Origin: Eledone cirrhosa
Lineage: Eukaryota
Length of the DNA: 64,000 nt
Reading direction: 5' to 3'
Assembly: GCA_964016885.1 (NCBI GenBank)
Contig: OZ024747.1
Coordinates: forward strand, 41,230,001-41,294,000
Shown: positions 28,008 through 42,949 of the stretch, piece by piece
Layout: every line of letters begins with the position of its first letter
How positions within the stretch are numbered: position 1 is the first letter of the stretch
Notes under the pieces: model-generated
Seen by the model: only the letters and a program-made list of their open reading frames with translations
Database searches by the model: none
Told to the model about the DNA's origin: nothing
Position numbers and translations under genes: made by a program

Positions 28008-28931
28008 GCCCTATGACAGAATGTTTTTTGATTCCAATGAAATGTTATGTGAATTCGAACACAAGAACTCTTAGTTTACATCTGGCGCAATAAAAATAAA
28101 TTTCATATGCCCATATAAGGACGTGCGTTATTGATTGGACGGCCAGCTGCATGTCTTCCCAGCTGTCTCAGTAAACGACCGACCATTAAAGAGTTTATCT
28201 TTTCATATTCCACCTTATTCAAGTGGAAATACAGTATTATCCCTATCTGAAAAGGGAACCAAATTTAATGGTGTCTTTTGTGATGCTAAAAGCTGTGAGT
28301 AAATTTTCAAATAGTCTTAAATAATCATGCTTTTTGAAAAAAAAATTACTAAATAATACGTTGACCAAGTTGTATTGTACACATACAAAGTTGTAAAAAT
28401 TGTTACGTCCGTACAAATGTTTTCCTTTTTTAAACAAAAGATTCTAAAAAATTACTTAATTTATAATACAGTCTTTTGCACAGGAAGTGAGTAACTTTTC
28501 GGGTGTTTAAATGTAAGTTCACCAGGGTTTGTGTCTTCATTATTAGCCCACCTCTAATGGCATTTTTTGTTCTGCTTACGACTAAATGTTATGAGCGTAT
28601 TTGCAATTAATTGCGCACACGTGCACACCTGCATGCAGATAGACACTGACAGCCAATAAAAAATCGATAACTTGCTTATTAAGATATCGGTCAAAAAGAG
28701 AGATTGAATGTACTTTAGAACATTTTTTGAATATATTGTTCTTTTTGGCATGATATGTCAGAAATATAGCTACTATACACTTTGGTTATTTTTTGTAACT
28801 AAAAAACGGTTCCTTTTGGGTGGATACTTAACGAGGAAAATCCTAGGGTTTTGGACAAGTTTGTTTCAGGCGCTGTATAGACGCCTATTTTGTCACACCT
28901 TGGTCATGAATTCGTATTCTTTTCCAATAGA

Positions 28932-29186
28932 TATTTTCCGCTCTATAAGGCTCACCAGGATATAAGGCGTATCATTTAAAATCAGGTCCGCGCAACGGCG
29001 TGTAAGGCTAACCAGGAAAATGCTATCTTCTTTACTTTTAGTCTAGAACTATTACTTCTGTTAGAGCCGTGATTGATAACCATTGTATTATTTATACATA
29101 AGGCTCACCGGAGTATAAAGCGCAGAGCTGTTTTTTTATTAAATTTAATTATTTTAAGTGCAATTTATAGACCGGAAAATTCGGTA
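28932..29186. mobile_element. Degenerate pogo/Tigger-type MITE
   Basis: TATTTTCCGCTCTATAAGGCTCAC ... GTGCAATTTATAGACCGGAAAATTCGGTA imperfect terminal inverted repeats. Confidence 0.5.
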
Positions 29187-29308
29187 AGTTATTGTAATCA
29201 TATTTCCAAACCTTCCCATTCACCAGTAACCATGCTAACGAATCTGGTGTCATCTCTCTCTGTATTTAATCACCTCTCTCTAACCTAACAGCTTCGTTAC
29301 ACGTCGTT

Positions 29309-29790
29309 ATGCCCACACGGAAACGTTCAAGACTTACCTCCAAAAAAGGTACAGCTACTGCTTTGAGACAACGAATTAGGCGTTCTCAGGTATGAGTTCA
29401 TTCACAATTGATTAATCCTTTATGCAATATTCTCCCTTAATGTTAGCAAGTACTGCGTTTATCCTAACTGTCACCACTTTTAACCAACTACCACATTCTA
29501 ATCGTAGTTATATTAAATTTATTGTCTTACCTTGATTCCCTTTTGTTCATGTTAGACTTTTCTCATTTACTATTGACACTGCCATTGGCTTAGCTAACCA
29601 GTAGAATTAATTAATTTTCTCTAGGAAACACCTGCTGAGCGCGAATCTTGACTCGCTGATAGAGGTCTTTCCCGGCTGGTTGAGTCACCAACATCACGTA
29701 CGACAAGGCTTGCTGATGTTCGCCTTCGTCGCCAACAAGCGCTGACGGAGGAATCACCAACATCCCGTCAGACGAGGCTTGAGGCTGTAG
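29309..29790 (+). pseudogene. Spliced N-terminus of a Helitron Rep/Hel-type ORF with STPR-like 23-aa repeats
   Basis: Exon 1 29309-29389 MPTRKRSRLTSKKGTATALRQRIRRSQ; phase-0 GT..AG intron 29390-29624 with GCTAAC branch site; exon 2 ETPAERES*LAD...ESPTSRTTRLADVRLRRQQALTE-ESPTSRQTRLEA. Confidence 0.65.
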
Positions 29791-30346
29791 CAAAGGGCAA
29801 TAACCCTAGATACAATTTTGATCAACTTTTTTTCCCCTATAGCAAATTTACCGGGACAGGTTTTTAGCTACTCAAATCTACTTCAGAGATCACGCATTGA
29901 TGTAAAAAATCAATAAAACTGAAGCGGGGCTCGACTTTGCGCAAAAAAACAAGGCAAAGTTACACATGGGAAAACTTTTTACAGGAACGTCCTATATTCT
30001 TGAAAACTGTCACAAAAGACTCGCCATTATGCCGCGGTTAAGATAAAGGCCCTTTTAATTCTTCTTCTGCACATGTGAGCGCAAAAATTGTAAAAAAAAA
30101 AGAACCCTGAAAGTAATCGACATTTTCACCCTGCTTTAAATTAACTGAACATTCAATATCAAGTGATTTTGACTTCCGTCAGTCGTGCAGAGAACAATTT
30201 CAACGATACACTGTGTAACTACAATTAATCAATTATACACCTGTGTCTACTAACCTATTTTTTTTCATTGAAGTTCGAAGTTTTGAACCTGTGATGCGCG
30301 GGAAGTAACTTTCACACATTCTAACAGACCAAAGGTCGACTTACAC

Positions 30347-30373
30347 CCCGGCAACGCCGGGTACTTCTGCTAG
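30347..30373 (+). mobile_element. Helitron 3' terminus
   Basis: CCCGGC-AAC-GCCGGG hairpin, 8 nt, then CTAG followed by T; same end as 4486-4513 and 53480-53500. Confidence 0.75.
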
Positions 30374-30374
30374 T

Positions 30375-31255
30375 CCTCTATAAATCAAACAAAAAGCAAT
30401 AAATCAAAAACTAATATAATTCAAAAATCTACTAAACAATTAGTTCACACCCATAATAACAATCACAATATTATAGAATCATCTGATAACAAAATTTACC
30501 CTCAAACTTCTATACATACCCAATATAATAAGAGGAAACCAATTAGAAACCATAAAAGAAATGTAACATGGTATAACGCTCCATTTAACTTGCAAACTAT
30601 GGGCCAAATCCCAATTCTCGATAAACATTTCCCACCTAACCACAAATACCATCAAATCTTAAACAGATATACAGTAAAATTTTCTTACTCCACATCGATC
30701 AATATACAACAAAAAATAAGTGCATATAACATGTATAAATGTAAAAAAGCCCATATATATACAAGACACAATAGCACACCACACACAAGATAACTATGGT
30801 AATACTACAACGCATAACCAAAATATTATTACATATCCACCTGTTACATCCGCTCATTCACCTCACCAACACAATACATCAGCCTACAACTAATTACCAT
30901 CTTCCTCATCCTTAATAGGAACTAAGAATTACATACCCAATCTAACCAATAACTTCCAAAACAACCATGATTCTATAAACGCTATATCCAGTATAATTTC
31001 ACCAACTAACAACCCTTCGGGCCGTGACCACCCAACCGCAAACCCTTCTCTCCCATATAAATACTAATACTAGCACTATTATTGGGAATATAGCTAGCAC
31101 ATCTGAAACCCTATATGCAAACGGTTGTAATTGTAGAGTAAAAAGTAATTGCCCCTTAAATGGAAATTGCTTAATTAATAATATAGTATATAAATGTATA
31201 ATCACCACTAAGGACTCAAATCAATCCTATATTGGATCCACTTCTAATCAGTTTG
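30375..31255 (+). mobile_element. PLE (Hydra-like) internal fragment
   Basis: WYNAPF, DKHFPPNHKYHQILNRYTVKFSYST, CNCRVKSNCPLNGNC, YIGSTSNQF. Confidence 0.85.
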
Positions 31256-31794
31256 TATGGCCTTTATAACCTATTGCTCTGGTCTGTTTTAGGAGCGCTT
31301 GCCAGCATGACTTGGAATTTGCGTTACGTTTCGCTTTTTCTACCCGCCGAAATGCGATTCTCGCTGAATTTATATTTATATATATATATACATATATTTT
31401 TATATTTTTTGTTCTTTATTTATTTAGTTATTCCTGTTTCCTAACTACTGTCCATATTTGTGTGTACATTTTTGAGTGCATATATATATGTGTGTATATG
31501 TATGTGTATGTATTTATGTATATATCTGTGTATTATAAGTATGTGTATGTATTTACGTTCCTGTCCGTTTTTCTATGTAGATGCAAATACGCTTATGTGA
31601 GAAAGTATCCGTCTACGTACTTTTTAGTATATGCGCGTAGTTTAGTGTATGTATGTTTACGTTCTGGATATTTATATTTTTATATATATATATTTTTTTT
31701 CTCCTTTTTCCTTTTCGCCCGTTTTTTTCAGCCTCCTTTTCATATTTCCTAAATTTTGTTTTCAAATCCATATTTAATAAATACACCATGTCTT

Positions 31795-31861
31795 TTATTC
31801 ATTCTGACGACTGAAGACAGACACAGCATATGTCTTCAAGAAACCACTGGTAAATGAAATA
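31795..31861 (+). ncRNA. Type I hammerhead motif
   Basis: TTCATT-CTGACGA-CTGAAGACA...TGTCTTCAA-GAA-ACCACTGGT-A-AATGAA; GUA triplet; truncated relative at 42902-42945 has a different but paired stem II. Confidence 0.75.
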
Positions 31862-33044
31862 ATTATCTTATGTTATTTATTACATAACTATATATATAGT
31901 TATCTCAATTTCTATTTCTCAGGAGGAAATTGACTATGTTCAGACCTAGAGAGAGAAGGCCTAAGACACACCGTATATTACGACACTGGTCCTACAGCTC
32001 CATTGGGAGTTCAGGATCCATGGATGGATGAAATTGAATAGTGTAAGGGAGACGAGGTAAGCGACACAGAGCTTTAGGAAAAAACGATAAAAATTCTTTA
32101 TATACTTAAATGTTTAACTCCTATGTACAATGATCGAAATGAATCAAGGGATTGATGAAATATGTATGACTTTAAAAGGTTTTTAAAACGAATAAAATAA
32201 ACAGATTTTTCAGGGCAAAATGAATATTTATATACTACAACGAAACTTCTCCGAAACAATGAGCTTAATAACATATTTTGTTGGGAATAAATGAATAAAT
32301 ATATATATATGAATATATAATCAAAGAAATAAATAAGTAAATAGATATGTGAATTTGAAATATAACGGTGATATATTTCTGAGTATATAATTCTTAAGTA
32401 GGAATCTCTCTATATATATTATATTGATAAAATATAGCTTCTGAGCTGAGAAAGTGATTTCCAGTAAAAGATGTAAATGAAAGGCAAGAGAGATAGATAA
32501 TATCATAGAAATAACTGACAATTACTATTTGAGTCACGAAAAGAAGGAGAAAGAAATAAAACTGATGTAACAGAATGATATACAGATAGAAGTATAGATG
32601 TCCGTATGTATATGTAAGTAATCACACATCTATATAGATAGACAGACATATATAGGAACCGAAATATATTTGCATTACATACCAATATCTGGTTGTCGAA
32701 ATGAAGTGGAAACTAAGTAGTGAAATTAATGTAAATATGAAGGTATAAAAGAATATTTCTTGGATAATAGTAAGGAGTTCCTGGAATAAGACCACACTAG
32801 TATTTATATACACACATGCACATACACACACATGCACACATATGCACATACACACACGCACACACACACACACACACACATATCTATATATATATATATA
32901 TGAAAATATATATAAAATGGCTGCCCCCTCGTTATCGAGTATGGCCAAATATATATATAAATATATATATATTATATATATTAGGTATTAATATATATAT
33001 ATATATGTATACATATATTTGCAAATATATATATATATATATAC

Positions 33045-33106
<62 letters not shown>

Positions 33107-33370
33107 ACATACACATACACACACACACACAAACTCATGCTTACGCACGTGCTCAAATATAGCTCTTTTTACAAAACCGTTTTTTTTTTCATTTCGGGTA
33201 GACGCCTGCCATTATCCACTTTTCTAAAAACAAATCATACACAAAACACCAGCACCAACAATTTTGCAAGAGATGTCAACATGAATGGACCTGTTATTTT
33301 TATCTAAAGACATGTTTTCCAATTCCATCCCGCCCGTCCCCTCAATCTATTTTATTTCTCATTCTTTCTT

Positions 33371-33400
33371 CTGATGAAGGACTAGCGTCCGAAACGTTAG
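33371..33400 (+). ncRNA. Minimal hammerhead-like motif
   Basis: CTGATGA-A-GGAC-TAGC-GTCC-GAAACGTTA; stem I poorly paired. Confidence 0.45.
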
Positions 33401-33486
33401 GACCCTCTTCCTGCTATATCAAGCGTTAACCTAATATGTACCTTCCATATACTGTACCGATGGTGTTGTTATTTCTGTTTACCTTT

Positions 33487-33539
<53 letters not shown>

Positions 33540-33543
<4 letters not shown>

Positions 33544-33800
33544 ATACGTTGGGAGGGTCATGTTGCCAATAAGAAACACACGCACCAGTTGCTTTCACTT
33601 CAATTTATTATAAATTAAATTTATAAATTTAGGAATTTATAAATTTCCGGTTGGTTGGTTGGTTCCACAACCAGATGATTGTTCATATATTGTCAAAGTT
33701 CTTTCGTCACACATTCTGTGACCTCTTCAGTGACTGGGGATTTTTTTTCTTTGTTTTTGTGCCTCTTCTTTGTTCTATCCTACGCCATCTTGTTTTTATA
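33540..33800 (-). mobile_element. PLE terminal repeat (family of 55200-57110) with HHR at 33692-33734
   Basis: Reverse complement of ~56890-57110; GTCA-CTGAAGA-GGTCACA...TGTGAC-GAA-AGAACT-T-TGAC. Confidence 0.8.
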
Positions 33801-33811
33801 TGCAAATATAT

Positions 33812-34040
33812 GATGGCTGCAGACTCTGCTAAGAGTATAGCAATCGGTTGTAACAAGTCCTGAACCAGCAATGCCTGTGCTTTGAAGGTTATTTGGGTGG
33901 GGAAAGCCTTGCACTCGATCAATCCCACTTCTGAGCATCGAAAACACTACCCGAGAAGGAGAACTTGTCAACATCATCGGATGCTTCCGAAGCCACAGGT
34001 TTTTTTTCAGAGTTTCCCTCTCCTAGAAAGGTGTTGTGAC
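33812..34040 (-). mobile_element. RTE-derived short element related to 11150-11551
   Basis: Shared AGCAATGCCTGTGC..TGAAG, TCCCACT, GTCAACATCAT.GGAT and CAGAGTTT.CC.TCTCCTAGAA blocks. Confidence 0.5.
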
Positions 34041-35228
34041 AACAACTGGGGGCCTTTCACTGATCAGCTCGAGGTTCGATCTATATCGATCTTACCCGAC
34101 TCTGTAATCTGCAACTCGTCGGACCCTTGTAATGTTAGTAGAAAATGAATACATACTGTATGATAAAGTCAGATTTTGATATGTTGGTCAATAAAGTTTG
34201 TTTTGATTGGTGGATTAGTTCATAGGGATGTTTTTGCCTGTAGTGTATTTGTGGGTGGGGTGGTGTAAATATGGTGACGGTCGCGGGATGAAGTGGGCGG
34301 TGGCATGGGGGTGCTGGTTGTCGGTAGACCGATTGGCATGTAGCTGACGCTGATTTGTGTGTGTGTGGTGTGGGTGTAGTAAAGATGTGATAGCGGTGTG
34401 TATGGTGGTGTGATGAATGTGTTGGTGGTGTCAATATAAATATGGAGGTACATACATAGACACACATAGTCTGACAAATACATTGTATACATACACATGT
34501 GTATATTGGAACGCCTTCTCTATCCTGTCCACCGGGGCTGTGGGGGAGGGGGGCATCGCATAACATTCCATATTTAGGTATCCAGATTAATGGTTTTTAT
34601 ATACACACCACTTATATTATATATATAGAGAGAGAGCCAGTGGTGATGGCGTTGTACAAATAAATATACTTACAACCAGACACACACACATGCGTTGTTT
34701 AGGGAGGGATGATATGTGTTGGTGATGTTGATGATTGTTGAAGTATGGCGCTGTGCCTGGTGGTGACAGTGGTGGTGGTGGGAGCGACAAAATATTTACA
34801 GGATCGAATTTTACGATGGATTACAGGTTAAAAAACGACATAGGGAACACGGGGAAAACAAGGATGTGAATGAGGGATGGTGGACGTATAGCGATGTGTA
34901 TGGTGGTGGTGGTGGTGATGGTGGTGGTGGTGGTGGTGGCGATTGGGTGATATGTTCGACATTATATTTACAGGATCGGATGTTACGATGGTTTACAATG
35001 TAAAACCTGACAGAGAGGACAGATAGAATACAATGGTACTGTGATGAGGGATGTATGGCGATGTGTCAGTTGGTGGTGGTGGTGGTGGTGATGGATGCGA
35101 CATGATATTTACAAAATCTGAACTTACAAAGGTTACATGTTATATAAGACAAATGCACTGAGATGAGGGACGATGTGGCAAGGTAAAGGTGGCTATCACT
35201 ATGTTGAGTCAGGGTTAGTGTGTGGCCC

Positions 35229-36298
35229 TCAGCCGAATGTTTGTGCAGAGAAGGTGTTCAAACTGGTGTGTCTACAATTTATAATTATGTCAGATCTAGA
35301 GTTTATGGCAGATTTCAATTTAATGATCTCAGCCGCCTCGGCCAGGCATAACCTGCAGTGGTTTCTGTTGCTGGGGAGTTGGGCCATGCGTCTTTTAACT
35401 GACCATTTGATTTGGAATTCGATGTTCTTGTCTTTGAGGTACCAGATCAAGTCGGCCAGTCTAGTTTGGGATCGTTTGAGCCTTTGTTTAAAGGAGCTTT
35501 TGTGGTTATACCAGCGCTCCTTAACGTAGTCGAGGTCGCTCCTATATAGGAGTACTCTTTTCTGCCAGCTGTGACATCGCACCGGTAAATAATGTTTTTA
35601 ACGAGTCACTCCCCGTTTAGTGGGCATATTACCCGCTTTTTGCAGTTGCAGTTGGGGTGTACAGGTTTGATGGGACGTTGTCGGTTGTACGTATTCTGTC
35701 TGGAGCTGGAATGTGGGTTGTGTTGTGTTGTGTGTGTTGTTTCGTTCTGGGTTGTGCTACTGGTTGGTTGTGGTTCTATCATGTGTTTGCGTATTTTTGA
35801 CCTATTTGTGTGTGCTAAAGTGTCGCCTATATTTGGTGTTGTGGAGAAGGAGAATTTGACAGTGTGTCTATTAAAGAGCTTGTGATATTTATGTATGGGT
35901 GGGAAGGATTGTTCCAGAGCTCTGAAGAAGGTTCCCGGTATATTGGTGGCAATGTGTATAGAGTACGGGGCGTTGTACCATGTCACAGTTCTACTTCGGG
36001 CTTTAAAGTGTTTAGTGTGGTTGTTGTGGTTTGGTGGTTGTTTTGGTCAGGCGTATTTGTCATGGGGGTTCCTGCTATTCTATTGCCGTTAAGTCTCAGG
36101 TCTCTATTACTAGGTATACGCGTGCGATATTCAGAGTCCCTACTGGGGTTGGAGAGTATAGCTTTATCTCCATGGCAGTTGTGTGTAACGCTGCCTGTCC
36201 TGTCGGGTAAGGAGGGACTTGGTTATTATGTGTTCTAGGTGTGGTGACCTCGTCTATTTGCGTTTCTAATAGTCTTATTAGGTTTAGCGGCGTTGCGG

Positions 36299-36300
<2 letters not shown>
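35229..36300 (-). mobile_element. PLE (Hydra-like) C-terminal fragment
   Basis: WYNAPY, FPPIHKYHKLFNRHTVKFSFST, CNCKKRVICPLNGE, KERWYNHKSSF, CRLCLAE, NCRH. Confidence 0.85.
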
Positions 36301-36990
<690 letters not shown>

Positions 36991-39945
36991 TGCAAAAGTT
37001 TTATTTAAAATTGTTGGGATACAACAAGTAAATATTTTATAACTGATATAAAGCACTCGACAAGTTTTTGGAGTAGATATACGATATTAAATAAATGGAA
37101 ACTATATTTATAAAACCATATTTATTTCATTATACATATTTCAGGGATACCAAATTAAAATATGGCATGCCTTCGTCAGATAAAATACAATATATAAACA
37201 GTTTTATAAATAATTTTGACGTACCCTATTAGAAGCGACCATTATTTTTGGAGGCTGTCTGGATAGTGAGATGTTTATAATTATTTTATTAGTTATAGTG
37301 TTAAGCACAGTTAGAAAAAAGACGGAGAGAAAGAAAAAAACGGAGAGAAAGAAAAAACAGAGAGAGAGAAGGAGAGAGAAAAAGAAGGAGAGAGAGAGAA
37401 AAGATAGGAGGAAATGAAAAAGTAAAAAAGAAAGAAAGAAGAAAGGCAAAAGAAAGCAACAGAGAGATAATAATTCATCATACAGATAGAAAAACTCAAG
37501 AGAGAGGAAGTACTATATAGAGAGAAGAGGATACAGTGACAACTTTACGTCATGTCATATTAAGTTGAATTAACAATTCATATGAATTGAATAATCAAAA
37601 TGCAAATATCAATATTCATGAATGAGACATAGATATATAATATGAGAAAATAACATTGTTCAATAATGACCATATGTTTAGTTTAAAAACTCTGAGGTCA
37701 ATATACCAAAATCTGAGTTAAAACCTTCAAAAATTACCCTATTTATAACAATACGGATACATATATGTATATATATATACACGCATATGTACGTTCTGAA
37801 AAAAGAAAAAAGAGAAAAATTATGTCTACTCTAGTCAATAAAATAAAATAGACATACAAATGATTTCAGCTGATCATCTCTATACATTTCTTGTGTTATA
37901 AAAATTTCACAGTATATATACATAAAACACACGATTAATATTCATGTCCTCACATACATGACTACCGTTCATATATTTAATATTATGCACATCTGTACCA
38001 CATATCAACATATACACACAGAACCATACATATATATATGTATAAATAAATATCTGCGTGAGTTTTCCAGCATCGTTATGCACATATACAGACATATATA
38101 CGAACACATAAATAAACTCCATAAACCCATTATATGCATGTTAATACACACAAATGGCCTTTGTATAGAGATAATCAAATATCAATATATTAATACAGAA
38201 ATATCAAAGCATTAAAAAATCTTTAACACACTATAGAGTATCTCAAGCCAAAACAATATGCTTCATATATTTATTATAGAAATCTATCCTACCTATATCT
38301 CAAACAAGATATTGCAAGGGTAGACAAATGAAAGTTATTAGAAGCTATCAGAGTCAAAAAACAAATAAAAAACAAATTATTTAAAAGATTTAGAAGACCC
38401 AGTGATTCTACGGATACCCTTATATTTAGTATAGAAATTTATCTTACGTAAATTTTATTTAATACATTGGGAGCATATACATTTTAGAGTAGTTTATTAT
38501 ATCCTTGTTTATATTTAGGAAGAAAGTTTAAAAAGAAAAAGGTGAAGGAATCAAATGATTTATCGTCAGGTTTCATATATTAACTAAATTTCTTAATTAA
38601 TTATACTACATTTTAAATTTATATTTATATTTAACGTTGAGTTTAATCTATGTCTGCAGCAACTGAATAAATTGCTCCTTAAATTAAGCGAATTTTTGGA
38701 CTTTAATATAAAGAATATTTCCTCTACACAAAGATCGCAAGTCTCTGATGAGGAATTAAAAGGAATCCCTTTTGAGACAATATTCCAAAACATCGAATAT
38801 TTAACATTATCTCGTTTAAGGTGCCAGAGTAGGCTTGATAGCGAAGTTGAGGATTTTTTGTTTGTATCTGTGAAAGAATTCTTATGATTATTGAAGCGAA
38901 GTTTAAATTCTGTCGAGGTGGAACCAACATAGTTGAAAGAATTTAAATTAGTTTTAAGATTACAATTGTACACTACATTTTTAGCTAAGCAGTTGTTATT
39001 TAACGGACAGTTAGATTTATTTCTACAGTTACAGTTATTTAATTGAATATTGTTTGGGTTATTATTGGTATTTTGGTTAGGTTTTAAATTCCTATTCTGT
39101 TAATATTTTGTGCTAAATTTTTGGTGGACGAGTAAGTTAATTTTATAGTGTGTCTATTAAAAATTGAGTGATATTTATGTGTTCTAGGGAAGCGTTTGTC
39201 AAGAGCATTAAAGAATAATTTAGCAATATGGGTTTTAATATTTAGTGAAAAGGGAGGAGGCAAACCATAATATATTTTTAGTTCTATTTCTTTTTCGGCT
39301 TTTGGAATTATTGTAATGTTTTCTATTATAGTTGTTAATGTTGTTACCGTAATTAAAATTGTTATTATTTTGGTTAGTTTACTTATTATTATCGATGTAC
39401 TTAATTTTATTTCTATATCCTGCTCTAGCTAACGCTTCATTGTAATACTGCGCTTTTTCATCAAAAATATTTTTATTAGATGAAATTCTTGAAATTCGTT
39501 CTTGAACAGAGTTCACTATAGTATTTTTAACAGATCTGGGGTGATTAGAGTTAAAATTGACGTAATTCAAGTTCTCATTTAGTTTGTGAAATGGATAGTG
39601 AAGACATGTGTTGAGATTTAGTGTTACATCCAGAAAATTGACTATTCTATGGTTATTCTCTATTTCTATTTTTAGATTAAGGTAATTAAAAAATTGTATA
39701 ATTTGTTTTCTTTTTCTATTTAGTTCACAGCTATTATTTTCAATAAGTAAAAGCATGTCATCACGATATAATCCTCCGGTTACACCTGGTATTTTTCTAT
39801 GTAGCGGATTAATTATAAATAGGCCCACAAGGTCCGTTACCTGAGCTGAGTCAGATGATCCCATAGTTATGTCGAAATTATTATCTCTATCTGCCCTAGT
39901 CCATAGTTGGTTATTAAATTCTATCAATGTTTTCCTTGCCGATAA
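36991..39945 (-). mobile_element. 5'-truncated PLE (Hydra-like): RT core, GIY-YIG, long 3' region and terminal repeat
   Basis: [73 protein letters not shown]; HHR at 37122-37187. Confidence 0.92.
37122..37187 (-). ncRNA. Type I hammerhead motif
   Basis: TATTTTAT-CTGACGA-AGGCATGCCA...TGGTATCCCT-GAA-ATATGTAT-A-ATGAAATA. Confidence 0.75.
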
Positions 39946-39956
39946 TATAATAATAT

Positions 39957-40690
<734 letters not shown>

Positions 40691-41140
40691 AAGGATGTAT
40701 GTATATGCATCATTACATATAGTGATTTAATGATTATTTTCATTGATCTTTTACTCCAGGAACTTGTTGAGTGCTCTAAATCTGCTATAAGCATTTATAC
40801 CCTTTTCTAAAAAAATATATATTTTTTTATTTATTATTTGTCGTATTCCCAACTTTTTTTTATATATACAATATTTATTTTATAATATTTATGTTCTTTC
40901 TCATATATATATATATATATATATTGAGTTATATATGTATATATGTGTGTGTGTATGTACGTATGCATACGTATGTGTATGTATATATGTGTGTGTAGGT
41001 ATATATGTATATGTGAGTATGTATGTATGTGTATGTAAGTGTATGTGTGTATATATATATATATATATATGAGAGACGTAAAATATGTATATATATGTTA
41101 CTAGATATATTAATTCTTTATATATATATATATATATAAT

Positions 41141-41670
41141 GATATTAAACAAATGGAAACTACATTTATAAAACCATATTTATTTCATTATATATATTTC
41201 AGGGATATCATATTAAAAATATGGTATGCCCTCTTCAGACAAAATACAATATATAAACAGTTTTATAAATAAATTTGACATACCTTAAAAAATTTTACAA
41301 CTTCCATTTAAAAAGTTGTTATGGTAGTGAGAATGTTAAGGACAGTTAGAAAGAAAGACGTCTTTCTTTCTAACTGTCCTTAACATTCTCACTACCATAA
41401 CAACTTTTTAAATGGAAGTTGTAAAATTTTTTAAGGTATGTCAAATTTATTTATAAAACTGTTTATATATTGTATTTTGTCTGAAGAGGGCATACCATAT
41501 TTTTAATATGATATCCCTGAAATATATATAATGAAATAAATATGGTTTTATAAATGTAGTTTCTATTTGTTTAATATTGTAAAATACTCCAAAATCTGTT
41601 GAGTGCTTTTATATCAGTTATAAAATATTTACTCGTTGTAACCCAACAATTTTAAATAAAATTTTTGCAT
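41141..41670 (+). mobile_element. PLE terminal repeat forming a ~436-bp palindrome with two opposed HHRs
   Basis: Arms 41142-41359 and 41360-41577 centred on GACGTC; HHR CTGAAGA...GAAATATATATA at 41473-41539 (+) and 41180-41246 (-); homologous to 36991-37320. Confidence 0.85.
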
Positions 41671-41848
41671 ATATATATATATTTTAGAGTTAAATAAGGT
41701 TCATATGAATTATCTAAGAATGAGTTTTACACACATATATATATGTGTTTTGTATTTGGTTGTGCGTGTTTGTGATATGTATGTATATGTATGTGTATAA
41801 TTGTATGGCTATGTATGTATGTGTGTGTATATATATATATATATATAT

Positions 41849-42025
41849 AACGAAGGAAATGTGGTAAGGAACCAGGTGGACCATAACGCACCAAAGTACT
41901 CAATACTTAGGGTAGTAGAGTGGGTAATAGGAACAAGTAAGACCCCGACGGCTGAGCTCAAGCCGTTTCGACAGAATTAGCCGTCGAAACGGCTTGAGCT
42001 CAGCCGTCGGGGTCTTACTTGTTCC

Positions 42026-42027
<2 letters not shown>
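41849..42027 (-). mobile_element. Third copy of the fold-back PLE terminal fragment
   Basis: Matches 22441-22648; arms 41928-42027. Confidence 0.8.
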
Positions 42028-42064
<37 letters not shown>

Positions 42065-42506
42065 ATGTATATGTGTGTGTATATATGTAGATGTGTGTGT
42101 GTGTGTATGTATTTGTGTATGCGTTTATGTATTTGTATATGTATATGTATGTGTGAGAGTGTGTGTATGTATTTATTTTTACGTATGTATGTGTACGTGC
42201 ATTTGTGTGTATTGCTTACCACGTGTTTGTTCATTTATTTGTTGCCTGTATCGCTGTCAACTTTATAATAGTCTTTATTTTCTTTTTTATGTCTTTTATT
42301 ATTATATATATTTTTTCTTATATTTATTTGTGTGTGTGAGTATGTAGAGGTGTGTGTATATATTTCTATGTTTGTGCATGCGTATGTATGCATGTATATA
42401 TGTGTGTATGTATGTGTATGTATGTACGTGTGTATATACGTATGATTGTGTGTATGTATGTATGTATGTATATGTATGTGTGTATGGCTATGTATGTGTA
42501 TGTGTA

Positions 42507-42582
<76 letters not shown>

Positions 42583-42949
42583 GTTTTATATATGTATGTG
42601 TATGTATGGATATGGTGATATTTATGTGTGTATGTATGTATGTGTATATGTATGTGTATGTATATATATACACATATATATGTGTGTGTGTGTGTGTATG
42701 TGTGTGTGTATGTATGTGTGTATGTATATATATATATATGTGTGTATGTATATAATATGTATATAATTGTGTGTGTGTGTTTGCATGTGTGTTTTTATTT
42801 TATTTTTCCTTTCCTTCTTCCTTCTCCAGCCTCACTTTCATATAGATTGCATTTTTGTTTTTAAAATCCAACGTCAATAAATACGCCAGGATTTTTTCCT
42901 TCTGATGATTGAAAGCAAAATTTTTTTGCTTTTAAGAAACCACTGTGAC

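Noticed and set aside
29649-29651. In-frame TGA as selenocysteine
   Set aside because: Aligns with the conserved Arg of the repeat (CGA>TGA transition); no SECIS recognised.
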